From the IMG/VR virus record IMGVR_UViG_3300002042_000005, positions 1-55,494 of that record: a DNA stretch of 55,494 nt, one strand, 5' to 3'. This DNA is from a virus. This document shows positions 42,984-52,235 of the stretch, piece by piece; position 1 is the first letter of the stretch; each line of letters begins with the position of its first letter. The notes under the pieces are model-generated. The model ran no database searches. It was not told where the DNA came from and saw nothing but the letters and a program-made list of their open reading frames with translations. The position numbers and the translations under genes are program-made.

Positions 42984-43363
42984 TATGGTTTGTCCGTTTC
43001 GTTCCCAGTTGGTTCTAATGCTGCCGGCGCACCGGCAAATATCGCACCTAACAACTTAAGCATCCAATTAGCTGCCCGCTGCATGCCCGCCTTTGAACCC
43101 GCCTCCGCGTAACGGGAGAATCTTCGATCTGCCGCAGCACCGCGCTCCCGGATCTTGGCCACTTCATCGGCCGTTAGGTCGAACTCAACCCCTGAGGAAT
43201 CGTTTTCAGCCTCAGCCATCGCCGCCATGATGGCTTGGAGCCATCCACCCAGCCGCGCGACTTCCGCCTTATTTCTCGGCTCCGCAAGATCATCCTTTGC
43301 AATCAGATAGTGGCACCACCAGAGAGTTACTTGCTCTTCCGTCATTGAGACAAACACAGACAT
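42983..43363 (-). CDS. Hypothetical soluble protein co-transcribed with the membrane protein
   Basis: Start set at MSVFVSMTEEQ (ATG 43363, GGAG 7 nt upstream). Its stop overlaps the start of the next gene. Confidence 0.5.
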   Translation of the reverse strand: MSVFVSMTEEQVTLWWCHYLIAKDDLAEPRNKAEVARLGGWLQAIMAAMAEAENDSSGVEFDLTADEVAKIRERGAAADRRFSRYAEAGSKAGMQRAANWMLKLLGAIFAGAPAALEPTGNETDKP

Positions 43364-43423
43364 AACCAACTCCATTCCTTGTTTTGAGCCCACATCGTAA
43401 CCGGCAACGACGGCCCTGCACAC

Positions 43424-43499
43424 AGAATATAAATTTAACTGTTGACAAATATATCAATCAAATTTATTTTTCTGCGCACTCCAACACACAGACACGCTC
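43424..43499. promoter_or_regulatory. AT-rich back-to-back promoter region
   Basis: Plus strand: TTGACA (43442-43447), 17-nt spacer, TATTTT (43465-43470). Minus strand: TTGATT-N17-TTAAAT. Flanked by the inverted repeat ATAAATTT (43429-43436) / AAATTTAT (43460-43467). Confidence 0.55.
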
Positions 43500-44351
43500 A
43501 TGAACGACCTTGCTGAGAGCCCGAACACCGACCTGGCCACCACCCCGGCTCAACCTCCCGCCGGCCTGGTGGTGGATCCGAAAGCCATGGTGGAGCGCCT
43601 AAAAGCGGTCCAATACGCCATGCAGGAAGTCATGGTTGACGGCGTGCACTACGGGGTCATTCAAGGCACGCAAAAGCCAACGCTCTACAAGCCAGGCAGC
43701 GAGATCCTGTTAGTGATGTTCGGGCTCGCCGTCCGGCCAATCGTTGAGGATTTGTGCGTTATCGATAACGACACGCACCAAGTGCTAGAGGTGCACTACC
43801 GGGTCCGTGCTGAAGTCGTGAACCAGGCAACGCAATTGATCGTCGGTTACGGCATTGGCGAGTGCACCACCGCCGAAGAGAAGTACGCCTGGACCTACTG
43901 CAACAATGATGCGCAATGGGACGACACCGACCCGACCCGCCAACGAATCAAGTACGGGAAGAACAACAGCACCAGCAGACAGATCCGCGCCACCCCCCAA
44001 GACAAAGCCAACACCATCCTCAAGATGGCCAAGAAGCGCGCGCAGGTCGACGCCTGTCTCACCACCCTGGCCTGCAGCGATATGTTTGAGCAGGATCTAG
44101 AAGACTACATTGACGTCGACGCCGACACCGGCGAAGTCGTTAACCGCAGAAGCAACAAGAAACCCCGCGCGAAAGGCAAAGGCAAAGCGATATCGGAGAG
44201 CCAATGCCGGTTACTGCGCGCCCACCTCGAGCGCGTTGGTGTTGCTGAAAAAGCGCTGCTGGAATTTATGAGCGTCGACAAGCTCGAGGCCATTGCGGCC
44301 GCGGACTTCAATGCAGCGTCGGCCTGGATTGGCGAGCAGGTAAGCGAGTGA
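43500..44351 (+). CDS. Putative recombination / ssDNA-binding protein (bet position)
   Basis: 283 aa and the first gene of the early plus-strand operon. A PD-(D/E)xK exonuclease lies two genes downstream. The KMAKKRAQVDACL...SDMFEQDLED motif resembles annealing-protein families, but the family is uncertain. Confidence 0.35.
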   Translation: MNDLAESPNTDLATTPAQPPAGLVVDPKAMVERLKAVQYAMQEVMVDGVHYGVIQGTQKPTLYKPGSEILLVMFGLAVRPIVEDLCVIDNDTHQVLEVHYRVRAEVVNQATQLIVGYGIGECTTAEEKYAWTYCNNDAQWDDTDPTRQRIKYGKNNSTSRQIRATPQDKANTILKMAKKRAQVDACLTTLACSDMFEQDLEDYIDVDADTGEVVNRRSNKKPRAKGKGKAISESQCRLLRAHLERVGVAEKALLEFMSVDKLEAIAAADFNAASAWIGEQVSE

Positions 44352-44668
44352 GCGGCGACAAAGCAACACCGCTGTTTTCTCCAACCGAAGAGCACCTGGC
44401 TACGCTGCGCAGCAATGGCAACCAGTACCCAGATAGGTATCGGTTTGCGGAATGCTTGGAGTTTCTAGCGCGCGAGGCGCCGGAGGGAATCTACATAGAG
44501 GATCTATTAAAGGTCAGGCGAGACCGCGAGCTGCTGGCGTTGGGGTTACTGCTGGGTGTGGTGGGAGCCAATGAAAACGTAAAAGCCAGCGAAAGCAAAC
44601 AGGAGACCATCATCAAGAACGGCGCGTTGATCGCGGACGTGTACGACTGGGTGTTTGCAAATGACTGA
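44348..44668 (+). CDS. Hypothetical protein
   Basis: 106-aa ORF with 4-nt and 14-nt overlaps with its neighbours. Confidence 0.45.
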   Translation: MSGDKATPLFSPTEEHLATLRSNGNQYPDRYRFAECLEFLAREAPEGIYIEDLLKVRRDRELLALGLLLGVVGANENVKASESKQETIIKNGALIADVYDWVFAND

Positions 44669-45242
44669 GCTCCAATTTGACGAAGAGACACACACCTACA
44701 CCCTGGACGGCCGGCGGATCCCCTCAGTCACTCAGGTGCTGGATCCGATCAGCAGCATGCACATGGTGGATCCGCAGCTGCTGGAAGAGCGCGCGGCGTT
44801 TGGTACCGCTGTGCACCAAGCGGCTGAGTTGTATTTGCTAGGGCAGCTGGATACAGACGACATAGATACAGACGTTTGGAATTGCATCTTTGCACTTAAA
44901 AAATTCCTCATGGATACCCAGATCGAACCGCTGTTCGTTGAGAAGCGGGTTTACTCGCCGCGCCACCAGTACGCCGGCGGCGTTGATCTGGTCGCGCAAA
45001 AGCCACTCGGCGAGCAGGTCGCGATCGATTTCAAAACCGCGCTGGTTACCCCGCATACCGTCGGGCCGCAACTCGCCGGGTACACCCAGGCGCTGGAAGA
45101 AGAAGATATCCACATCGACGAGCGGTGGTGCGTGCAACTCAATGCCGATGGTAAGTACAAGCTGACGCCTCAACCCGACCTGCGCGATTTCGTTGTGTTC
45201 CTGTCGTGCCTGAATATCTGGCAGTTTAACCATGGCTGCTAA
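44655..45242 (+). CDS. PD-(D/E)xK recombination exonuclease (RecB/Cas4-like)
   Basis: 195 aa with THTYTLDGRRIPSVTQVL, GTAVHQAAE and GGVDLV...VAIDFKT motifs. Confidence 0.7.
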   Translation: MQMTELQFDEETHTYTLDGRRIPSVTQVLDPISSMHMVDPQLLEERAAFGTAVHQAAELYLLGQLDTDDIDTDVWNCIFALKKFLMDTQIEPLFVEKRVYSPRHQYAGGVDLVAQKPLGEQVAIDFKTALVTPHTVGPQLAGYTQALEEEDIHIDERWCVQLNADGKYKLTPQPDLRDFVVFLSCLNIWQFNHGC

Positions 45243-45924
45243 AGAGTTTCTAGCCAGCCACATCAAGGCGCTATCGCAGGTGGCGGTGCTCATCGATGCG
45301 GTGGACGAACTGCCGTTGCACAGCAAGGTGAAGCGACCCCGAACCGATGATGACGCCCTGGCGCTTAGCGCGTTACTGAAAGTGACCGTTGAATTAGGCC
45401 AGGTGGCGAGGGCCACCGATAAGCAGTTGTGCGACCCATTGGAAGAGCGGCGCCGCGTTTGCCAGGAATTCTTCCAGGATGAATTGATTCAACCGATCGA
45501 AGTACTCGAACGCAATCTACGCGACGTGCTGGCCAATTGGATTGAGAAGCAAGGCGAGAAAGCCCACACCCAACACCTCAAGGCGGTGCGACGGCTGGAA
45601 AACAAATACGACTCGCTGATGAATCAAGCCAACCAGGCAGAGAAGAAAGGGCGGCTGGTGCGAGCTACAGAACTCCGGGAACAAGCGGCCAATCTGATGC
45701 CGTCACTGTTTGAAGCCTCTGGCGGGATCCACACCAAGCTGCCAGGCCTACAGACCCGGCGTAGCTGGGTGTGGGAAGTAACTGATGAAGGCGAGTTACC
45801 GCCCGAGTACATGGCACCAAACTCCAAATTGATCGATGAAAAAGTAAAAGCTCTGGGGGCTGAGGCTGAACGCTTAATCCCTGGAATACAAGTCAAACGT
45901 GATACATCGGTGGCGGTCACATGA
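45232..45924 (+). CDS. Hypothetical coiled-coil protein (possibly Gp157-like)
   Basis: 230-aa helical ORF. The family guess is weak. Confidence 0.4.
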   Translation: MAAKEFLASHIKALSQVAVLIDAVDELPLHSKVKRPRTDDDALALSALLKVTVELGQVARATDKQLCDPLEERRRVCQEFFQDELIQPIEVLERNLRDVLANWIEKQGEKAHTQHLKAVRRLENKYDSLMNQANQAEKKGRLVRATELREQAANLMPSLFEASGGIHTKLPGLQTRRSWVWEVTDEGELPPEYMAPNSKLIDEKVKALGAEAERLIPGIQVKRDTSVAVT

Positions 45925-46032
45925 GTTTTCTTCGCAGTCGGCCGGCCGCTTCCACCCCCTCGCGCGGTTGTGTGTTGGACGCTTACGCGCGAGCCCGGCC
46001 GGCCGGCTGCAACTTCACTCAAGGAACAGCAT

Positions 46033-46191
46033 ATGACTAACGCTGACCGCGAACAACAAACCGCAGAGCAGCTGGACGCCAGCGTGCGCCAACTCGATCG
46101 ACTGCTCGCCATCCTTTCCGTGGGCACGCTGGCCTACATCGTGCTCAATTTCGCGCCCCTCACTTTTCTAACGGAGACATTATGCCCTTAA
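46033..46191 (+). CDS. Small membrane protein
   Basis: 52 aa from ATG 46033 (AAGGAA SD), with the TM LLAILSVGTLAYIVLNFAPLTFL. Confidence 0.4.
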   Translation: MTNADREQQTAEQLDASVRQLDRLLAILSVGTLAYIVLNFAPLTFLTETLCP

Positions 46192-46691
46192 GTATTCCTA
46201 GCCTGACCTGCATCCTGAAGCCCGGCAAATTCGATTCGCTTGTGGTGAGCGATCCTGACGAGCAAGAAGCGCGCCGCGAGCCGCGCGCCACCCTGGACTT
46301 TGAAGCGGTGCTCACCCGCGCCAAATGCTTGGGGCTGCTCGGCCGTCTCCGGAAAGAAACCAAGCAAGGTGAAACCAACAGCGTGCTCGAAATGCTGTTA
46401 GATCTGCGCCTGGTTAAGAAGCTACCGCTTGACGTGAGTTTCCCAAAGAACCACATCCGCGTATTCATTGGCGGACAGGAAGAGTGCGATCTAGGCGATG
46501 ACCTGCAGTTGTCTGGCTTTGTGCTCACGCGCCTGGCGGATGACAACGTAACCGTCAGCTTTACGATTCACGGCTCTGTCCTGCCGGACGGGTTTCTCTG
46601 GCTATACACCAACCCAGCCACCCCAATCGAACTAAAAATCAAAGGGCCAGGTCAGGACGACGAACCCGAACAAGATGAGATGGGCGACTGA
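46182..46691 (+). CDS. Hypothetical protein
   Basis: 169-aa ORF with an acidic C-terminus. Confidence 0.5.
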   Translation: MPLSIPSLTCILKPGKFDSLVVSDPDEQEARREPRATLDFEAVLTRAKCLGLLGRLRKETKQGETNSVLEMLLDLRLVKKLPLDVSFPKNHIRVFIGGQEECDLGDDLQLSGFVLTRLADDNVTVSFTIHGSVLPDGFLWLYTNPATPIELKIKGPGQDDEPEQDEMGD

Positions 46692-46987
46692 TGGATAAAG
46701 CAGCAAAGCGCCGCCAAACGGCTGCCCGCCAGGCATTGCTTGCAACGGAAGCTGACATGGTGGTGCTTGTGTGCCGCGAACCAACGTCCACGCATAGCGG
46801 CCAGTTCAGGCAAACCACCGTCACTACCGTACACGGGGAAGGGGTAACTCTTACCGAGTCTGACGCCCATACAGCGACGATTCTTGGCGAGGCGCTTTAC
46901 AGCGTAATGGAGGCGTCGGGTATGCCAATCGAGCGCGGCATTCAAATCATGAACAACCAACTGAGAGCAATGAAGGCAAACCGATGA
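46691..46987 (+). CDS. Hypothetical protein
   Basis: 98-aa ORF, coupled to both neighbours. Confidence 0.45.
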   Translation: MDKAAKRRQTAARQALLATEADMVVLVCREPTSTHSGQFRQTTVTTVHGEGVTLTESDAHTATILGEALYSVMEASGMPIERGIQIMNNQLRAMKANR

Positions 46988-48735
46988 ACACAACAACCCA
47001 AGACATTCCGCTAAACCAGCTCCACCCCTCAAAGCGTAACGTGCGCAAGTCGGCCACCACGCCCGCACAAGATGAGCAGCTGAAAGCAAGCCTTGCCGCG
47101 CACGGCGTTCTGCAGAACCTGGTCGTGCTGCCGATGGCGAAAAAGAATTGCTTTGAAGTGGTGGCCGGTGGTCGACGTCTGAAGTTGCTGAAAGCGCTGG
47201 TCAAAGAAAAACGAATGGCCAAGGACGCGCCAATACTTTGCGGGCTATTGCCGGCAGACGCCTCCGCCGAAGAGATCTCACAGGCGGAAAACATCAAAGC
47301 CGATATGGATCCGATCGACACCGCCATTGCGTTTTCTGAAATGGCCAATGCCGGCAAGACAACCGAAGAGATCCAGGCCGCGTTTGCGCTCACGCCTCGA
47401 GAAGTGAAGCGCGCCACCCGACTCGCCAGTATTCACCCGACTATACTCAAAGCCTACAAGGGCGAGAAGCTGGACTATGAATCGCTGACAGCGTTCACGG
47501 TTGAGCCTGACCAAAAGCAACAGCTGGCCGTCTTTAAATCGGAGGCGCCCCACTATCGGCCTTGGAAAATCCGCGAAGCGTTTGAGGAACACAACATCCC
47601 CGGCCGCGATCGTCGCGCTAAGTACGTTGGGCGCGAGGCGTACATCGAAGCCGGCGGACAGATTGACGAAGATCTATTCTCCGATAACGCCGAAGCCCGC
47701 TTTCTGGATGCCGAACTGCTGGACAGTCTGTTTGATGAAAAGCTTGCCAAGGCCGCGGCCGGTTTGCAGAAGCGGGAAGGCTGGGGGGATGTCTATGTCC
47801 ACACCGACCCGCTTAACTGGTACCAGATACCCAAAGGGTACAAACAGCGATCGCCCGGTAAAGGCAAAAAGAAGTTCACCAAGGAACAGGCCGGGAAAGG
47901 CAAAGCGGCTGTCTGGATCGACCACCAAGGCAAGCAACACATTGAACGCAATATGTTCAAGGTGAGCACCAAAGGCACCACCACCAAAAAGAAAGCGCCG
48001 GCGAGCGTCGAAGACGTGGCCACCGATGCCGGCAGTTTCTCGGCCGCACTGAAAGAAGAGCTTGGCGTTGAACGCCAGTTCGCGCTGATGAAAGCGGTTG
48101 GCACGGAAGAGCTGCTTTCGTTTATGGATTTCCAAATGGCAGTAGGCGTTCTGAGCGCCGTCAATGAACACACTGGCTCAGCGACCTTTGGCGATCCGCA
48201 GATCGCAATAGGCTATATGACCCGCCCACTCCACCGCCGCTGCGAGGATGGGCCTGCATCCGAAGGCGACTGGCTGCAAGCGCAGATGAATGGAATTGAT
48301 CTGACGTTTGTAAAGCACGGCTACTCGCGCGAGGGCTGGGATGCCTGGTTAGCTCTGGAGTCTAAAGAGTGGAAAAAGATCACGACGCTTTGCGCTCGGC
48401 TACAGCTACGCACGGCCTTGATTGATAGCGACGAGCTGGACGTTTTGGACTATGCCTTTAACGAGTGCGGCGGTGAGTTCTTACACAAGTTCTGGCGCCC
48501 CACTGCCGCCAACTACTTCAGCCGCTTAACCGCTGGCCAACTCAAAGCGCATCTGCATGAGTTTTACGATGACGGTCGGATGGACGAAGAGTTTGCGAAA
48601 GCCAAGAAACAAGCCTTGGTTGACGCGTGCGATACGTTTATCAACTCATCTTCAGATGCTGGCCTATCCCCGTCCGAGCTGAAGCGCAAGTTCGGCTGGC
48701 TACCCGCCGGCTTTGTGCTCGAGGCGAAGTCATGA
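46984..48735 (+). CDS. ParB-like nuclease-domain protein with a long C-terminal extension
   Basis: 583 aa. The N-terminal ParB/Srx motifs are IPLNQLHPSKRNVRK and FEVVAGGRRLKLLKAL. Confidence 0.75.
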   Translation: MNTTTQDIPLNQLHPSKRNVRKSATTPAQDEQLKASLAAHGVLQNLVVLPMAKKNCFEVVAGGRRLKLLKALVKEKRMAKDAPILCGLLPADASAEEISQAENIKADMDPIDTAIAFSEMANAGKTTEEIQAAFALTPREVKRATRLASIHPTILKAYKGEKLDYESLTAFTVEPDQKQQLAVFKSEAPHYRPWKIREAFEEHNIPGRDRRAKYVGREAYIEAGGQIDEDLFSDNAEARFLDAELLDSLFDEKLAKAAAGLQKREGWGDVYVHTDPLNWYQIPKGYKQRSPGKGKKKFTKEQAGKGKAAVWIDHQGKQHIERNMFKVSTKGTTTKKKAPASVEDVATDAGSFSAALKEELGVERQFALMKAVGTEELLSFMDFQMAVGVLSAVNEHTGSATFGDPQIAIGYMTRPLHRRCEDGPASEGDWLQAQMNGIDLTFVKHGYSREGWDAWLALESKEWKKITTLCARLQLRTALIDSDELDVLDYAFNECGGEFLHKFWRPTAANYFSRLTAGQLKAHLHEFYDDGRMDEEFAKAKKQALVDACDTFINSSSDAGLSPSELKRKFGWLPAGFVLEAKS

Positions 48736-48935
48736 GAGAAGCCGCCGAAGCCGCAAAAGTCGTACGCACTGCAAAAGCAAAACTCGCTACTGAAATCGAA
48801 GCGCGCATCTTAGCCTGGCAATCTGAGCACGGCCTGGTGGTGAGAAGCGTGCACGTCGAAACGGTTAACGTTGGCTCGGTGGATAATCCGGAAGCGCGAG
48901 TACTTGACCGCGTGAACGTAGAGCTGGCGTTATGA
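48732..48935 (+). CDS. Hypothetical protein
   Basis: 67 aa from ATG 48732, with an ATGA overlap with the ParB-like stop. Confidence 0.4.
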   Translation: MREAAEAAKVVRTAKAKLATEIEARILAWQSEHGLVVRSVHVETVNVGSVDNPEARVLDRVNVELAL

Positions 48936-49237
48936 TCACGCCACTGCTCGGCCAATGCCGCTCTGATCAATGCAAGGCATCAATCGTTATGACGCTTACC
49001 AAAAACGGTAAGTATCTGCCGGTTGATTTTGATCAGGCCTTTGCTGCGGCTGAACACCAAACCATCCCCGGCCCGCACGGCCGGCCGGTGTATTCCTTTC
49101 AACCAGCCTACACGCCGCACTGGTCGACCTGCACAGACCCGGAGGCCTTCCGCCGGCGTAAGCAAAAGCGACCCGCACCGAAGGTTGAACCCACACCCAC
49201 TAAGGAACCAGCGCCCGATCAAGGCGGGCTGTTTTAA
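48932..49237 (+). CDS. Hypothetical Cys/His-containing small protein
   Basis: 101 aa with CRSDQC ... HWSTC and a basic Pro-rich tail. Confidence 0.45.
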   Translation: MITPLLGQCRSDQCKASIVMTLTKNGKYLPVDFDQAFAAAEHQTIPGPHGRPVYSFQPAYTPHWSTCTDPEAFRRRKQKRPAPKVEPTPTKEPAPDQGGLF

Positions 49238-49261
49238 ACGAGAGATCTCAAGGAGGATCCC

Positions 49262-49507
49262 ATGAACAACACAGCAAACAACGTAGTCACCCTTTACCCA
49301 AAGGGTGTCGTGATTCCAGGCAAACCACCCGGCCCGCCACCCGCTCGCCCTCAAACCATGTTCTACCTGGTGCGCGGTGACTCAGGCGCGTATCGGATCA
49401 CGCCCTATCGCCCGATGTACGGCGACTTCATTGCGCGAGGCTCGCGCGTTGCTGTGGCGGCAAAACTGCAGATGATCTTAAACACCGCAGAGCACGACGC
49501 TCGATAA
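49262..49507 (+). CDS. Hypothetical protein
   Basis: 81-aa ORF with an SD (AAGGAGGA) upstream. Confidence 0.5.
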   Translation: MNNTANNVVTLYPKGVVIPGKPPGPPPARPQTMFYLVRGDSGAYRITPYRPMYGDFIARGSRVAVAAKLQMILNTAEHDAR

Positions 49508-50001
49508 TGGCTAGTCGCCCCTCAAAAGCTGGTCGCACAAAGAAAGGCGACACCCAACGGTTCATTGAACAGCTATTTGAGCACCCTGCGCCTGAAGGCT
49601 GCGTAATTTGGCCGTTCGCTGTAGACAAAGATGGTTACGGAAAGACGCATTTTCTTAACCGCTGCTGGCGGGCGCACCGCTTAGTTTTATCCATTTACAC
49701 AGGAATTTGGTGGTCGCCTAAAGCAAGAATGGAGGCGGCGCATGGTCCTTGCCACACGCCTAGCTGCGTCAACCCGGCGCACTTATCTTGGAAAACACTG
49801 ACCGAAAACCAGGCGGATCGCTTGCGTGATGACACACACATTCGCGGTGAGCGCCACGGCGGAGCAAAAACGAGAGCGGAAGTCGTTCAGCTCATAAGAC
49901 GGTCAAACCAAACCACCGCTTCGCTTGCTAGGCAACACAATTTGAGCGAAGCCCAAGTTTACAACATCAGAAAAAGGAAGACGTGGGCATGGTTAAGGTA
50001 G
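49507..50001 (+). CDS. HNH endonuclease (phage homing-type)
   Basis: 164 aa with DKDGYGKT...AHRLV...HGPCHTPSCVNPAHLSWKTLTENQ. The DNA looks lower in GC than its flanks by eye. Confidence 0.75.
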   Translation: MASRPSKAGRTKKGDTQRFIEQLFEHPAPEGCVIWPFAVDKDGYGKTHFLNRCWRAHRLVLSIYTGIWWSPKARMEAAHGPCHTPSCVNPAHLSWKTLTENQADRLRDDTHIRGERHGGAKTRAEVVQLIRRSNQTTASLARQHNLSEAQVYNIRKRKTWAWLR

Positions 50002-51662
50002 TTCTCACCGAAGAAGCGCTAAAGTCTCACATCGCCATTGTCGGCCGAACGGGTTCCGGCAAGAGCTATGCAGCGAAGGGCGTCATTGAAGCGATATTGA
50101 AAACCGGTAAATCCCCAGTTTGTGTGGTTGATCCTGGAGGGGATTTTTGGGGACTTAGATCTAGCGCTGATGGAAAGCGTGCTGGGTTTCCAGTAGCCGT
50201 GCTAGGTGGTGATCACGCCGATATAGAAATTGCAACAGACTCAGGCGCCAAAGTTGCTAGGTTTGTGGCTAACGAACGCGTGTCTTGCGTGATCGATGTA
50301 TCGGAGTGGTACAAGAGTGATCAGCTTAAATTCATGATTGGTTTCGCAGAAGAGATCTACAAAGCCAACCGATCACCTCTACATTTAATACTCGATGAGG
50401 CTGATCAATTCATACCGCAAAACCCCTTGGCAGAAGGCAAGAAGTTGCTTAATCGAATGGACCGGCTAGTACGGCTGGGTAGAAAGCGAGGCTTCAGAAT
50501 CGCAATGATCACCCAACGGCCAGCAATTCTTCACAAGAACGCGTTAACACAAGCCAACAGTCTCATTGTGCTGCAGATGACGGCGCCACAAGATCGGAAT
50601 GCTATCGAAGAGTGGATAAAAGGTAATGCGGATTCTAGCGCCGCCACCAAGGTTTTGAAGACGTTAGCCCGCATGCCTCGCGGCGAGGGTTGGGTATGGG
50701 AGCCTCAACAAGACCGCCTGGAACGCGTGCAATTCCCTCGCATTAAAACCTTTGATGCCGGCAGCACTCCAGAGGATGGCGAACGCCTGGTACCAAAGAA
50801 GCTGGCGGATGTAGATCTAACGAAACTGCAAGCCGCGTTCGCGCCACCATCTTCTGAGTCTGAGCCTTCAAATGAGGGCATGAAAACGGTATCCGCGCAA
50901 AGCAGACAGCAAGGTAAAAACCAAGAAGTTATAGAGCGATTATCGAGAGAGCTGTCTGCGGCAAAGGAATCTAACATAACGCTCGCGCGGAGCTGCGGCC
51001 GCTTAGACATGATTCATGTCGAGACACGCGCCGCGCTCGAAACAATGGTTCAAGCTGGGCTGAAGGCGCTGAAAAGCATTGACTCAATACCGGCCCAACC
51101 CGTGGTTCCAATCGACACCGGGGCGCTTACCGAAATCACCGAACTCACCAAAGTGCCAAGCGTGGTTACGCGGTCAAGGCCTGCTTCAAACGATGGCGAC
51201 CCGGACATAAGCGCAGGCGCCCTTACCCTTCTCACCGGTTACGCCGGCATGTACCCGCGCAGTTGCACCGCCAAACAAGCCGCGACGCGAGCGGGCCAGT
51301 CGGTGAAATCTTCCGCATTCCGGCCCAACCAGAAGCAGCTACTAGATAGCAGCTTGATCGAAGCAAACAACAGCGGCGGCTACCGGATCGTTGAAGCAGG
51401 GCTGGCTCTCACCGGTACCGACGTGCTAGACAGCGGCGCATCCCTTGCGCACTGGAAGAATCGATTACCGCCAACGCAAGCGAATCTTCTAACTGCTATC
51501 CAAAACCATGCACCACTAACAAAGCTCGAGGCGGCAGAGCACGCCAACATCAGCCCCACGAGTTCAGGGCTGGGCTCCGGATTGAAATCACTGGTAGATC
51601 TCGCGCTCATCGAACGCGACCAGGACAACCGCTATCACTTGTGCGAGGGCCTAACGGGGTAA
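49989..51662 (+). CDS. HerA/FtsK-like P-loop ATPase fused to two C-terminal winged-helix-like domains
   Basis: Walker A IVGRTGSGKS, Walker B LILDEADQF and ITQRP. The C-terminal segments (SCTAKQAATRAGQSVKSSAF...; LTKLEAAEHANISPTSSGLGSGLKSLVDLALIER) are wHTH-like. The ATG at 49989 has an AAGGAAG SD. Confidence 0.7.
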   Translation: MVKVVLTEEALKSHIAIVGRTGSGKSYAAKGVIEAILKTGKSPVCVVDPGGDFWGLRSSADGKRAGFPVAVLGGDHADIEIATDSGAKVARFVANERVSCVIDVSEWYKSDQLKFMIGFAEEIYKANRSPLHLILDEADQFIPQNPLAEGKKLLNRMDRLVRLGRKRGFRIAMITQRPAILHKNALTQANSLIVLQMTAPQDRNAIEEWIKGNADSSAATKVLKTLARMPRGEGWVWEPQQDRLERVQFPRIKTFDAGSTPEDGERLVPKKLADVDLTKLQAAFAPPSSESEPSNEGMKTVSAQSRQQGKNQEVIERLSRELSAAKESNITLARSCGRLDMIHVETRAALETMVQAGLKALKSIDSIPAQPVVPIDTGALTEITELTKVPSVVTRSRPASNDGDPDISAGALTLLTGYAGMYPRSCTAKQAATRAGQSVKSSAFRPNQKQLLDSSLIEANNSGGYRIVEAGLALTGTDVLDSGASLAHWKNRLPPTQANLLTAIQNHAPLTKLEAAEHANISPTSSGLGSGLKSLVDLALIERDQDNRYHLCEGLTG

Positions 51663-51668
51663 CTCACT

Positions 51669-52235
51669 ATGGATCTACCACAACGAATGGACAACAAAGA
51701 TCCAGCGTTTCATCAGTGGATGGGGAAGCTGCATGTTTACCTGGACGGTGAGTATCAAGAACACTGCTTCGCTTACGACGTTGCGCAGGGCTGGGTTAAA
51801 AACTACATCTACGCTGACGGCGCACCGCTTTTAAATGTCAAAACCCAATCGATCGCTAGCGAAGTACTCGGCGGTCATGTTCGCGTGCAACACGCCCTGC
51901 CTTGGCCGCACGTTGACTGGGGCGACATCGATCACGCGGTGTCTAAGGTTCTGCGCGAAGAAGTTCGTTACCTAGAACAAGGAATTAGAAACGACTTTGA
52001 CACTGCGCATCGGCGTATGAAAAAACACCGAGAAGAACGCCCCGCCATTGAGTGGGGCGCCAGGCCATCAAAGCCGTGGGGCGAAAGGATCACAAGCGCC
52101 GCCGAAGCATTTGGCTTTGCGCTTAGACATTTCGGAGCCTCGCTTGAGACAACAGCCAAAGCATTCAGATCAATGAAGGAGCAGATAGATGTTAATACTA
52201 GGACGAAGGGTAGGCGAAGTCCTCATGATCGGTAA
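51669..52235 (+). CDS. Hypothetical protein
   Basis: 188-aa ORF whose 3' end overlaps the csrA start by 47 nt. Confidence 0.5.
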   Translation: MDLPQRMDNKDPAFHQWMGKLHVYLDGEYQEHCFAYDVAQGWVKNYIYADGAPLLNVKTQSIASEVLGGHVRVQHALPWPHVDWGDIDHAVSKVLREEVRYLEQGIRNDFDTAHRRMKKHREERPAIEWGARPSKPWGERITSAAEAFGFALRHFGASLETTAKAFRSMKEQIDVNTRTKGRRSPHDR

